DNA of 64,000 nt, taken from the NCBI GenBank assembly GCA_043228905.1, contig JBHGNT010000012.1, positions 10,664,001-10,728,000 on the forward strand. Reading direction: 5' to 3'. Below the pieces are notes generated by a model. The model had not been told where the DNA came from. It did no database searches and was given only the letters and a program-made list of their open reading frames with translations. Shown piece by piece: positions 1-12,977 of the stretch; the stretch's first letter is position 1; every line of letters starts with the position of its first letter. The translations under genes were made by a program, and so were the position numbers. This DNA comes from Azolla caroliniana (Eukaryota; Plantae; Polypodiophyta).

Positions 1-16
1 AGACCAAACAAAAGAG

Positions 17-240
17 TACATCTTAAGTGTTGTCTTGTCTTTGAGAACAACAAATAAAAAAAGAGAGTAAATAATACTCAGTAAATATAAAATTATATAA
101 GATAAAAAGAGATGAGGGAATCTGGTTTTCGGCACATGTGAGATTCTCAAGTTAGATATATTGTAGCTTTTGTCTTCGGATCTCTAGCATAGGTCGATCC
201 AGAATGGAGATGTCTCCGAAGCGAGGGAAGCACCTGCGAT
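17..240 (-). repeat. Left arm of ~225-bp inverted repeat pair (partner 3192-3416)
   Basis: Reverse complement aligns from ATCGCAGGTGCTTCCC (3192) to CAACACTTAAGATGTA (3416) with scattered mismatches. Confidence 0.9.
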
Positions 241-1360
241 TAGAGAGAATTGAAAAAGAGTCGATATTTTTCTTACAATTTATAGCAAAAGATGATGGCC
301 TGAAGTGTAAGTCGAAGTTTTGACCTCAGCCTGTCCCTAATTATGCATACTTTGGTCAACTCTAGTATATGGTTGAAAGAGAATCCTTGATCTTTCTCGT
401 GTTGTTTTGCATGCCAACACATGTCAGTGGAAGTGGCTTTATTATTATGTTATTTCATGGAATTCAAACTTTTTGTTTTCTGTTCTTTCTTATGTGTATA
501 TGGTTTTCTCACCAGATTCCCTCTAGGGAGACCATATAAGTGATAAATTCATGTGCCTTTGTGTTAGGGATGACCAAAGCAACATTATCTCCTATTAAGA
601 TTCTAGCCCTATAATATTCGAGTAGATTATGGGCTCTCCAAGTCTACGGTACTGCCTTTGAATTCTGATAACCGATTTGATGAATGCATTCTCTCTTCTA
701 CCCCATGGGATCGAGCATTGAAACTTTTTCATTCTTTGCCTTCTTTTATGAATCCTCTCTAGTATCAAGGGATTCTTTCCATTTCCTGCTCTAGTAAGTG
801 TTACTTTGTTTTTGTTTATCACATTAGTTATAACCATTGGGCAAGAAGGTATTGCATGGAGAGTGGAATACCTGAGGGCGAATGATCCCTTGATTGGAGG
901 AGCCAAGGCTGGCAAACCTTGGGAACAACATGTTGTCATTCTAGTTACCGTTGGGTTCCAAGGTTCATGGACACTTGTAAACCTGTACTTAATAAAGTCA
1001 CTTTAGCCTAGATCCTAAATAAACTCACTTAAAAGTTACAAGTAGATAAATGAATGGGCTAAGATATGTTTTTGAAGAGAGGACATTTGGCAGCATGAGA
1101 AGACTTTCCTTTCTGCCTTATTCAAACAATCCTCTTTTGATGTAGAGCTCGAAATCCAGTTTAGGGTTTATTTAAAGCGAAGAGTCATTTAGATTGTTGA
1201 AATAGACTTAAACAGTTGGCTGTGTTTTTGGGGTTGGGATCCATCTTATTGTACCCTTCTCATTTGTCCTTCTAGGTACTTTTGCCCTCTTAAAAGATGT
1301 TAATACATCTTTCTTTCACTGATCCTCTGTTTATGTAATAGTCTACTGATCTCTCTCACA

Positions 1361-1487
1361 GATTCTCTGCGTTTTCTGCAATATCTGATCCTTTGCGTTT
1401 TCTGCAATGTCTGATGCTCTGCGTTTTTTGCAAAATTTGATTCTTTGCATTTTCTGCCAAGTCTGATCCCTTGTGTTTTCTGCCAAG
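1361..1487 (+). repeat. 26-bp tandem repeat, ~5 copies, in putative LINE 5' UTR
   Basis: Unit approx. TCTGATCCTTTGCGTTTTCTGCAATG. Confidence 0.85.
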
Positions 1488-3191
1488 TAGGAATTCCTGG
1501 AATCTATATTATTCCCTCTGCTCTCTGCCCTCTGCATTTCATACCCTGTACCTATTGTCCGATAAACACCATGGATTCTGAATGGACAGAAAATGAAGCT
1601 ATGGATCTCAACACCCACGAAGAGGGTTCAGATCCATGGAAGACTCCAAGAAGATACCATAGGCGAAAAGGACGGGATGGAAACACCCCGAATAGTGTTA
1701 AAAGGGCACACAAGACACCCAAAATGCAGGCTTCATTCGACATTCCCGTTGATGTTGAAAAGGAGAAACATGGTCTATTTAATTACGTCATTTGATTACG
1801 CAAGAGATCAGTCTTATTAGAGAGGAGATAGAGAGAGCACTAAAAGAAGAAATGAAAAAGGAGATAGAAAAACAAAAAACAAAGTATTATGCCTCTCTCA
1901 AGATTGAGTTATTAGAAGAGATGCGGAAAGACATAACAAGCCATCTCAAGAAATCAAACTTAGAGCTTAAGGATGACATGACACAATACCTTAAGGATGA
2001 AATATCCTCAAATAAGGTTGAATTAGTATTTATAAAAGCCGATTTAGAAAAAGGACAATACGGTGTGGAAAAATACATCTCTACAGTTAAAGCCAATGTC
2101 ACTAAGGAAATGCAAACATGGGTATACATGGCCAAAGAGGCCAAAGCTCAGGCTAAGCATGCCCAAAAAGAAATTAAAGCAAATGCTCCTTGGATAGATG
2201 TAGTGAAAAAACAAAAAGGAACATCAATGAATAGGATGGAAATGTTGAATGCTACATTAGAAGAAAAAACCAAGAGGAAAGCTCGTGCGTTGCATGTACG
2301 AGTGGTTGGTTGAGCAGCAAAAGGAAGCCCACAAGAAGATGCCAAGAATCTTGGAACAAAGATTGGGGCATCAGATATTCCATTTGCTTCGGTGTGGAGG
2401 GTGGGAAGAGATGATTCTAGACCTAAAGCCCTTATTATACACTTCATGGATATCGACAAGAAAAAAGCTTCCCTATCTAAAAGAAGGGCACTCAAGGGTG
2501 AGAAAATATACTTAGATGATGATCTCACTCCAGCCCAAGTGGCACATTGCAAAGAAAACATGCCATGAGTGCTTGATGCAAGAAAGGAAGGCAAATGGGC
2601 TGTATATAGAGACGGTAAGGTCATTATTACAGAGCTGAGAACCACATGACAATATATGGCCTATGAGACCCTGCACATGACTATATGGAATTGCAATGGA
2701 TTTCTACGGATATTTTGAAGATACCTTCAAAAACACAGATATTGCTATGTACACAGAGACCCATCAATGCATGTCTGGCAAACTCCTTGATGTACAAGGA
2801 TATAGATGGGAGTCAATATATGTCCCCAACCTTAGACACTGGGAAGCACTAGAGGTTCGTGAGGAGTGGTTGTGTTATACAAAAAGGAGCTCCATGATAG
2901 AGTGTATGTTGTACATAACTAGAACTCAAGAGACATAGGGAAAAGTTGTTGAAGGACAATAATACAGCCACACAACCTCATCCACAAAGGCAATCACAAC
3001 TTTCCTTAGCCTCATCATTGCTACTAATGCTACGAGTCAATCAAGGGATACACAAATGGGCTCCCGACCAGGACATAACAAACGGGTTACAATAGACCGG
3101 GCAATATCAATTTGTAGTGCACGTAGGCCTGGGCACGGACCATGACCTCACCACCCTTGTCATCGACAAATAAATGCCATTATCTCCCACC

Positions 3192-3416
3192 ATCGCAGGT
3201 GCTTCCCTTGCTTCGGAAACCTCTCCATTCTGGATTGAGCTATGCTAGACATCTTTCGAAGTCAAAAGTTATAATATATCTAACTTGTGAATCTTACATG
3301 GGCCGAAAACCAGATTCCCTCGTCTGTTTTTATCTTATTTACTTTTATCTTTACTGAGTAATACTTATTCTATTTGGATTTGTTGTTCTCAAAGACGAGA
3401 CAACACTTAAGATGTA
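3192..3416 (+). repeat. Right arm of inverted repeat pair (partner 17-240)
   Basis: Direct alignment with reverse complement of 17-240. Confidence 0.9.
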
Positions 3417-3749
3417 ATCCCTGGCCTCTTAAAAGACGTTACTATATCTTTCTTCTTCTTCTTCTTTCTATCAATTGTCAGTAAAGAAATACTAATGAGG
3501 GTTTGCCAATAGTGTGTCAAGTATTCCTGTGCTGGAGCAATCGAGATAATGGATGTTAAATCCTTGTCCTGAAGCAATCTAGCCACAACCTTAGGGTGGC
3601 ATTGCTTCGTTCATATAAGCTTTCTCTGATAGTGAAATACAGGCTGGCCTGTTAATTTTCCTTATGTATTTCTTCTTCTAATGTTGGATGTTAAATATCT
3701 ATACAATCTATTTGAATGTCTTGTGCTGCTTTTTTTGACTTGTTTCTAG

Positions 3750-6700
3750 ATATGAACCTAACACCGTGGATTTTAATCAAGATGATGAAAGAGAGTAAGC
3801 ATTCATACTGCTTTGTCCTACATATTCTTATCTCAAAAGAAAAGGTTTTCAGGTTTCCTGCAATTTTTTTTTATTGATTTGTAATCTTATAGATACTGGT
3901 TCAACATTCTTGCTGATCATCTTCCAACACTGGTTGATACTGTGCGTAGGATCTTTAAAATACATTTAATGCATTTTTTGCATGTGTTTAATTAAAAATT
4001 AATTTGAACTATACATTAACATATTACCTACTTTCTTTTAATGGTTTATAACTTCTAAGGCTGTTGCAAGTGAGGGTGGTACTGATGATGCGAAACGAAG
4101 GGGAGATGCTTTTGCTCAAGCATTCCGTGCTCATCTTGGGAGGTAGAAATTTACTGCCAGTAGTAATTATATCAGGTTCTTGTACATATCTCATATCGTT
4201 ACTAATGAAATGCCAAATGCTGTTTTGTTTCATTTCTTCTAAGAAATCTCAACATTCTTGATTTTGTTTCACACATATATAATACTATAACATTACTGGT
4301 GGTATTATATAGTCATAGAATTTAGTGACGCTAAGCAGGATTTGGTGTATTCTTAACACTTGGGCTTATAACTATTGCCAGCCAAAAATGCATATTGGAA
4401 ATCCTCAACTCGGTGATGGCATTTTAATGTGGAAATGGCTACGCACAACTTTGTTAACCTCTTGTCATATGGAGAAGACCTTATACTGATATTTTTTTTG
4501 TTGGAAATTTACAAATGCTATAAAAAATCAACATAAGCAAGTAAAAAGGGTTCCATTATATTAGACAAAGTTAATGCAAAGCAAAGCCCTGCTCTGCTTC
4601 TAATTGCATCTTACCTAAATTGGGATGTGTATTTTTTTTTGAAAAACAATTGAGGATAGAGTTTCATCAGATTTTAGACTCTTGGAACTATGTTGAAATT
4701 TGTAACATTGTTGAATTTCTGGCTGATTTTTCAAAGCTGTATTGAATTTTATTTCTTTTGGGAATTGGGACAAACTTGTTTATTCTTTCTTGTGATTTTT
4801 CAAGACTGAGACAAGAGCCTGCTGCCTATGGGAACCTGAACCTTGTAACTCTTCTTGACTTGCGAGAAGAGTGTCTACGTGAATTCCATTTCATGGATGC
4901 CTATCGTGCAATCAAGCAAAGGTAAAGTCATGCTAATGCTGTATGGGAGTTTAGAATTGAGAAAATGTGAGATGCGTTGCACAGAAACTTTTCTTTATTA
5001 ATAGGGAGAATGAAGCATCATTGGCTGTCCTCCCGGATCTACTATCAGAACTGGATGCAATGGATGAGGTACTCTTGGAACATGGAAACTAAACTATTTG
5101 ACATTCTTAAATTTTGTTTTCGGCCTCTTTTGTTCCAATGTGTTTATCTCACTCCCAGTGAAGGCATGCTAGTATTCCACAACACTTCCACAGCTAGCTT
5201 AGAATCTTGATTTTCTGCTCAGAAATAGCAAACTAGCACTGCATTAATCCTATTCCACAGACCATACACCAAGAGCAATAATAAGACCATATCTGAAATG
5301 TCATTTTCAATATTTTTATTAAGGAAGAATCACTGCTAGTACTCCAGATTACCTTTCTTGTCTGAAGCAATCAGAATAACATTTTATTTATTTACTTTCT
5401 CAGGAGGCTCGATTACTTGCATTGATTGAGGGTGTCCTTGCTGCAAACATTTTTGATTGGGGTTCAAGAGCATGTGTTGAACTTTATCAGAGTGGAACAA
5501 TAATTGAAATCTATCGAATGAGCCGGAATAAAATGCGTCGGCCATGGCGGGTTTGTTGTATTCTCAGATTAACTTTTTAAAATGTTTAACCATTTTGGGT
5601 TCCCAATTTGTATTTATGGTTATCTTCTTTCCTTCTCATAGGTAGATGATTATGATGCTTTAAGAGCAAGATGGTTAGGTTCAAAAGAAAGTAATGTTTC
5701 ACCGAAACCACACAGGAGGGCTCTTCTCTTTGTCGACAATTCTGGTGCAGATATTGTGCTTGGTATGCTGCCTTTAGCTCGGGAACTCCTAAGACGTGGC
5801 ACTGAGGTGATATGGTTTGTAGCAAGTATTTTATGCTATGTTGTTTTGTTCATATCCAGTTGTATCTAACATTCGTTTTGTTGAATAAAGGTTGTCCTCG
5901 TGGCCAATTCTCTTCCGGCTATCAATGATGTGACAGCAAGTGAGCTCCCAACCATAGTGGCTGCAGCAGCAAAGGTTTTATAATTTTAGTATATAAAGTA
6001 ATGAAAATTGAGGTTCTGAAGTTCTGGCAAGCTTTACTTTTGGAAATTTTTTCATTTTTTACAGCATTGTGATCTATTAAGAAAAGCTGCGGAAGTTGGG
6101 GGTCTGTTGCTGGATGCAATGTCTATGGACTCAGATGAAGGCGTCGATGTTTCTAGGGGCGAATCCTCTGTTCCCCCTTTGATGGTGGTGGAGAATGGGT
6201 CTGGAAGTCCATGTATTGACTTACGCCAAGTGAGCTCTGAACTAGCTGAATTAGCTAAAGATGCGGACTTGGTAGGTTGTAGTCACTATATTTTTATGTT
6301 TTGAATCTGTGCATGCATATATTTGTAGGCATTATGCTTATCTGAATATGTACTGTGAAATTTTTAGCCTATCTCACGGTGGTGTTGAGCTTAACTAGTG
6401 CTTGTATTTGTAATATACCTCGAGGTTACGTGATTATGCTGTACATATATATACATTTACAGATTACCTTAATACATGCACATTTTTAACATTATATTTA
6501 TAACATACAAATTAACTAGTGCATGAATGTATATAATTTCATATATATATATAGGTAATTCTAGAAGGAATGGGTCGGGCTCTACATACAAATTATAATG
6601 CAACTTTTACAAGTGAATGTTTGAAGGTATGTTTTTATTGAATTTTGCTAATTATGTACTTTAGCTTTGTCTGAAACATTTGTATTTTTAACAGCTTGCT

Positions 6701-6793
6701 ATGATTAAAAACCAGCGATTGGCAGAGCGTCTAGTCCAAGGATCCATATATGATTGTGTTTGCCGGTATGAACCTGCACCAAATAATGAATAA
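3750..6793 (+). CDS. PANK2: Pantothenate kinase 2, C-terminal DUF89/ARMT1-like phosphatase half; 5' exons lie outside the window. Exons 3750-3794, 3893-3941, 4060-4142, 4805-4921, 5005-5068, 5404-5550, 5642-5806, 5891-5974, 6065-6271, 6555-6626, 6695-6793
   Basis: GT-AG splicing gives a continuous frame: YEPNT..EGGTDDAKRRGDAFA..LREECLREF..ENEASLAVLPDLL..GVLAANIFDWGS..FVDNSGADIVLGMLPLARE..ILEGMGRALHTN..YDCVCRYEP, recognisable as plant PANK2; stop TAA 6791-6793. Confidence 0.93.
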
Positions 6794-8114
6794 TGAAGCA
6801 CTGGGAACCAAGAGAATATCCACTTTATTTCCTCGAGTATTGTCCGTGGAACTGCCGTAAGGGGCCTGCTACTAGGATTAGTTTTTCATGATATTCTTCA
6901 ATCGTCATCATTAATAAAACTTTTGAATCCTAATTCCTGACACAACATTCAAAATTGATACGATATGAAATGATAGTTAATGATAAATGATCATATTAGT
7001 AATGATAATTGCTCCATTTAGCTCTTCAAGTTTGGCATGTTGTATAGATAATAACATATTAGGATGCATTGTGTGCATGAGTTATGTATAACAACCAGAA
7101 TCATATTGTTCATTCAAGGCCATTCGTAACAGTGACCTGTGATTTGATCATGTGTTTACAAGCCATAGCATTTTGACACATCGTATCACATCAACAAACT
7201 AAGATGTCACACTCAATGATGTTCATAGTGCTTACATGTTTACAAACCATAACATTTTGTCATATCTGATCAATTAATGAAGATGGTGTGGGACTATTTA
7301 GGTTATTAAAGATGCGTACATAGTTACATATGTTGTAAAAGTGAGCTAGAAAGAGAATTACAATTTTGGAAAGAGTTAGTGTAGAGTCGGATGGGAAATT
7401 TTATTTGATTAGACAAGTGAAGCATGATTTAAAGATAAAGCCTAGAGAGATAGAGATAAAAAGAAAGATATATGTACCAATGTCTAATAGAGACTGAACT
7501 CAGCCTATGGGACAAATCTTGGTATCAAATGTGGCTGAATTCAATGTTTTCCATATGAGACGTGACTCCCATGTTGAAGTTTGAGCAAAAGATTTGGTTT
7601 AAATTTCATTGGCCAACCTCCATTTGTTCTGTGGTGGTATAGTTTGTCTAGAGGGTGACATACTTATCCCTTATGTGCTGATGAGAGTGGGACCTGCACA
7701 AAATATGCCTCATTTTCTATCTCTTCACATTTTTGAAAACTCATTTAGCTCTAGGTATCCAAAGTGGTTGACTTGCTTTGATCTATTGTTGGGATGAAAC
7801 TTTGAATGTCGGCCATCCAATAATAATGGTGCCACAGCCTTAGATTAAATAATTTATATTATTGCCTTCTTCTCAAAGTTTAGAGTTTATATTTTCAACA
7901 TTACAAAGGCTAGTATTATTATGACACTTAATGTGAGGCAATAATTTCTCCAACGTTTTTGTAAAAATTATGCATTAGTAGTATTAATTCATATTTCTTA
8001 TTTACATTCTTGCTTCTTTGATTTCCAATTGGGGTATCTCTCAAAATATTGGAGCTACTATAAATTATAATAATAGCACCATAGTACATGACAAAAAGTT
8101 AAAAGAAATTGTAG

Positions 8115-8160
8115 TTTAGGCACAATTTCTTTATCTCAATCACAATATATATCTAACATT
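8115..8160 (+). pseudogene. Left stub of Ty1/copia RT fragment split by the LINE
   Basis: Translates GTISLSQSQYISNI and continues as YISNILKYFD..CKPISTP at 23847+. Confidence 0.75.
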
Positions 8161-11100
8161 GATCTGAGTAGAGTGGTTGTGATGTCAATAACTACGCCCA
8201 GGAGGTGATCCCGTGAATCATCCTCTGAGATCTGTCCTATTGCGGATCTCACAAGCGACTTCACTCCCTCCTACGATGTCGAATAGAGAGTGCAGGCAGA
8301 GATAGATCGTTTGCAAAACCACTCAATTGTGGTTCATGTAGTGGGCGCCCGCCCAAACAGAAGCGATATCTTCTTCAAGCGCTGCTCCATGTTGATTTAG
8401 AAAGAATCATCAATATTCAGCTACTAGGACAAAATTGCTATCATTTGGAATTTGAATTAGAGGATATGGTACAAAATTTGTTGCGGATAGGTTGCGTACA
8501 AGTTAGAGGGCTTTGGTTGCAATTTTTGCGGTGGTTTCCCCATTTCGATATAGATTTGCTGAACTCGGCTGGTACATACAGGTTTGCTTTTTCAGTTATG
8601 TTTCCTTCCTTACCTAAACTATGGCATCCTACTTTAAAAAACATCACATCTATGATTGCCCCGATTCTTGATGATGAGGAAGAGATAGATAGATTTAATG
8701 CCAATCGAATGAGTTTGCCGATTGTTAGAGTTTTAGGATCAAGGGATTCCGTTTTACCCTCCTTTATTAAACTTCCGGCATTGAGTAAGAACACCATTGG
8801 AAGGATTCAAAAGGTTGTATATTCGGGCCTTCCCAACAAAAGCTTTTCATGTGGCATGGTGGGTCATTTAGCTAATGAGTGTAACGTTAAAAACGAAGCT
8901 ATTCAACATAAGAACCCAACCACGCAAGAGGATAGTTGGGTAAGGGTGAGAAGAGGTAAACATAGTTTTCCAAGTGTGGATTCTAGGCAAAAGAAATGGC
9001 CGCCTACGGATAATAAGTTTATATCACTTTCTATGCCGAATATGGAGAAGGAACAAAATCATTTCGAAGGTGAGGGTGATGGTCAACCTCCTACTAATTT
9101 TTGCGAAGATGTTATTGATAGGGATTTGCAATTAATCCCACTTGTATGCCATGATGATCCGTTGCATGAGGATAACAATAAAATAGTGGAGCAAATTCTC
9201 ATGATTACTAACCTAGAGACTAAACAGGAGTCTCATTAGTTGGTGCCAAAGGCGATAGACATACAATCAGATGTTAGGATGCATTCAGAATTTAAAGGTT
9301 GTATGACGAGATCAAGAGCTAAGAGCATGACTGTCATTGGTGGTAGTACATGTGTAAATCATGAGGAAGAACATATTCAATTGAGCATACATAAGTCTAT
9401 CGTAAAAAAATCCACTAATAAGATGGTTGCTAAAGGCTTGAGAATTTCGACACAAGCATGTAAGGTGAAGAAATCGTCGAGGGAGAGTAAAAGTAAGGTT
9501 AAAAAACAATTACTATTAACATATGGATAATTTTTTGGTGCTTTCATGGAATGTGCAAGGATTAGGAGGTGCTTTATGTAGAAGATTCAAGGCTAGAATA
9601 CATAGGGAACTTCATAAATTCCAGGTTGGAAGTTGTGATTTGATTATGTTACAAGAACATCATTTAGATGCGAGTAAAATACAATCTTATGGTAATATGC
9701 TTCGTGGTGATTGGAGGTATTATTGGATTCCGGCATGTGGACAATTGGAAAATAAATGTGGTGTATGTATGATTCTGAGTGATAAATGGATGCAATTTGT
9801 TCTTCATTCACAACAAGTGGTAGAAGGAACAACTAATTATCTACTCCTTAAAATTAATGATGTTGTTTGGGGTTTTTTGAACATTTATGCACCAAATGAT
9901 AGGGGTGCTCGTACGGGTTTCTGGAAACAAATTGTCCAATAATTGCCACATGCTGATCATTGGTGCATGGGCGGTGATTTTAATATGATTGAGGTTGTAG
10001 GGGATAGAGTGCGTGGTTCTAATGTTGTTCTTATAGGCTGTGTGAATTGGCGTCATGGGAGAGATTATGTTTCACGTTGAGGATACAAGATTCTTGGCAC
10101 CTCCCTTCATTTCATAGACTTAGTGACTCATTACAGTATTCTAGATCGGATAGGCGTCAATTAGGGGTTAATCTATCTCGGCTAGATAGGATATATGTAG
10201 ATGATTATTTTAGTGATATTGGAGGAGAAGTTGGATTATTGGGGGTTCTCTATTTTCTGACCATGCTCTAGTGCTTTTGAAGATAGTTAGGATTAAAAAA
10301 AATAGAAAGTTTTCTACTAAAATTCCAATATCCTTCTTTTAGAGTGATATTTTTAGAAGTAAAGTGTTGGGTATATGGAATTTTGAGATGGGGGCACAAC
10401 TATCTAATGTTGCTAAGGTGCAAAAGGCTTTGTATTTAATTGTTGAATTTTTTAAGGATAAAGCGTTGTTGCAATTACAAGAGGCCAAACAAAAGATGCT
10501 AGCTTCTAGGCGGACGATTGTTGCTCTTCAAAAACTTGAGGAGAAGAACCCACAAGCTTTGTGGGTTGGAGGTGAATTGCATCGAACACTTTTTGAGATG
10601 CAACAAATTGAGGATGTTATAGCTCAACACACATTTCGTGCACCCTCAACGAAATGGTCTCATCTTGCAGATAAGGTTATTGTTGATTTTTTTTGTAGAA
10701 ATAAAATTGGTTGTACTAAGAATGTAATGAGGCAATTAGAGAGGGAGGATGGATCATTAACATCGGAGGATGTTGAAATGAGGAGAATTGCCTCGGACTT
10801 TTATAAATCCTTGCTAACTAGGTAGTCATTTACGCATGAGAAATTGGCCTTAAGATCTACATTATGGTGTGTTATGAAGAAAAACGTTAATTTTTCTATG
10901 GCTAATGAATTAGTAAAACCTTTTAATGTTCATGAGGTGTATGCTCCACGTACGACCTTAGGTAAGAATGTATGTCTTGGCATCAATGGTTTTCCTCCTG
11001 AATTTTTTCTTTGCTATTGGGATCACATTGGAATCAGTGTAACGGAAGAGTTACAAGAGGTTTTTACTTTGGGTGATATGCCTTATCAATGGAATGCAAC

Positions 11101-12651
11101 GTTAATTTTTTGGATTCCTAAATTAGAGGGGGTAGTAGTTGACATTAAGAAGTGGCGGCCGATAACTATTCTCAATACTTTCTACAAGATCTATGCTAAA
11201 GTCCTTGCTTTACGTATGCAACCTTTACTAAATGATATTATTCATAAATCGCAAACAGGTTTTATGCAAGAGTGTTCTATTTTTTATAATATTTTCATTT
11301 TCGTGGAACTTACAGCTTTGGCAAAAGAGAAGGATGTTGACCTAGTGGTGCTATTGTTGGACTTTGAAAAGGCATATGATAGAGTTGATTGGTCTTTCCT
11401 CGAGGAAGTTATGTTACAACTAGGATTTCCAATGGCTTGGGTAGTTGCGGTAAGACCCTTGTATAAGAATGCGTCTAGTTTTGTATATGTGGCAGGTGAA
11501 GTTGATGCTCCCTTCTCTATTTCAAGGTCAGTTAGGCAAGGATGCCCATTGGCCCCTATCCTATACTTATTAATAGTCGAGGCTTTTCATGTGAATTTTA
11601 ATGATAATGCCTTAAGGATTAAAGGATTGCAATGGGGAGTCGATAATAAGAAAGTGCTTGATAATGAATTTGTTGATGATACAACTTTATATATGGATGG
11701 GGAGGAACAGAATTTGCGTAATGTTCAATGTGTGGTGCAAAAATTTTGTGAGCTATCAGGAGCTATTATAAATTGGAATAAGACATATTGATTGCCCCAT
11801 CCGGATTTTCAATGGCTTCAACATGGGAGGTCAATACGATATCTTGGTTGTCAAATTGGTGTTGATATTACTCATGATCAACTTATTGCCCCCTTATTGA
11901 TGTCATTGAAGAGGAAATTGTTGTTTTGGTCTTCGTGACATCTATTGTTGGCTGGATGAATTGTAATTGCTAATCAAGTGCTTCTATCTTCGATGTGGTA
12001 TATCCTCTCATCTTTGTTGTTTTCAAGATCTGTTCTCTCTCAAGTACAAAGGCTTGTCCGCAATTTCTTATGGGGTGCATCTGATGCAAATACAAGATCT
12101 AAAGTTGCGTGGAAGGTAATAATATCTACTCATGAGGGAGGATTAAGGTTGATAGATCCAATGTTTCAATGTAGAGCATTACTTGGGAAATTTGTTGTCA
12201 GAAGTATGTTGCTAGGGAATGAGCCATGGAAATTGTTACTTCATGAACGTTGTCGTGAAGATTTTCGTCCATAGGGGGAAACCGGGGTGGAATAGACAAG
12301 TCGGTGGTGTGCAACATGTGCACACGTATACTAGGAAATGGTGTATAGAAATAAGAGGGGAAATTTTATCCCACATTGTAAGGTCCCTCCCTCCTTGGGC
12401 TATAAAAGGAAGGGAGGGGTCACTTATGAACGGGTTGCCCATTTTGAGTCGTAAGGGTATACCATTTTATAGAGGGTCGTTTTGTTAAGAATTTCTAGGG
12501 TTAGTAACTGTCTTGCGGTCTTCTCCTTCTTCTCCGTCTTGAGAAGATGTTTGTCATGAACAGTACTGAGACAGAGAAGAAATTAGTACTAAACGAAGGA
12601 TTAGTACTATGAGAGGTGTGGAACTTCTTCGAGAGAAGGAAGAAGTGAGCG

Positions 12652-12685
<34 letters not shown>

Positions 12686-12977
12686 TGTGATGATAAGAAA
12701 GATATGTATTATATGAAGAGAATATACAATGGTGGCTAAAAGGCTTAAGACTGGCGTTGAACCAATTTGGTTCAACATAATGCCTAGTGCCCTCTTTTAT
12801 AGTGTTTTCAGGAGTAATCCTAAAACTTCTAGAATGTTCCAGAGAAATCTGGAATATACACTAATTTCCTATAATAAAATGTAAATGAAAATAATATCCC
12901 ACGTATTACAATAGATGGTCTAATGGTCAAGAGCTCGACCCATATAACCTAAGGTCATGGGTTCGAGTCTTGCTATA

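Larger units (their letters stand above)
1320..3470 (+). mobile_element. Degenerate, internally deleted non-LTR retrotransposon (RTEX/L2/CR1-type ORF1 plus start of APE endonuclease), in a PANK2 intron
   Basis: ORF1 remnants 1571-2649: coiled coil, then KRKARALHVRVVG...PKALIIHF...KIYLDDDLTPAQ...GKWAVYRDGKVII. ORF2 start MTIWNCNG / DIAMYTETHQ at ~2677-2935. No RT seen. (TCT)n-like tail at ~3447-3466. Boundaries approximate. Confidence 0.7.

Noticed and set aside
240-1280. ORFs 595-939 and 806-1006, or further PANK2 exons
   Set aside because: No recognisable PANK2 or other protein similarity; probably decayed repeat
7400-7850. Possible ancient coding or LINE remnant downstream of PANK2
   Set aside because: No convincing motif in any frame I translated
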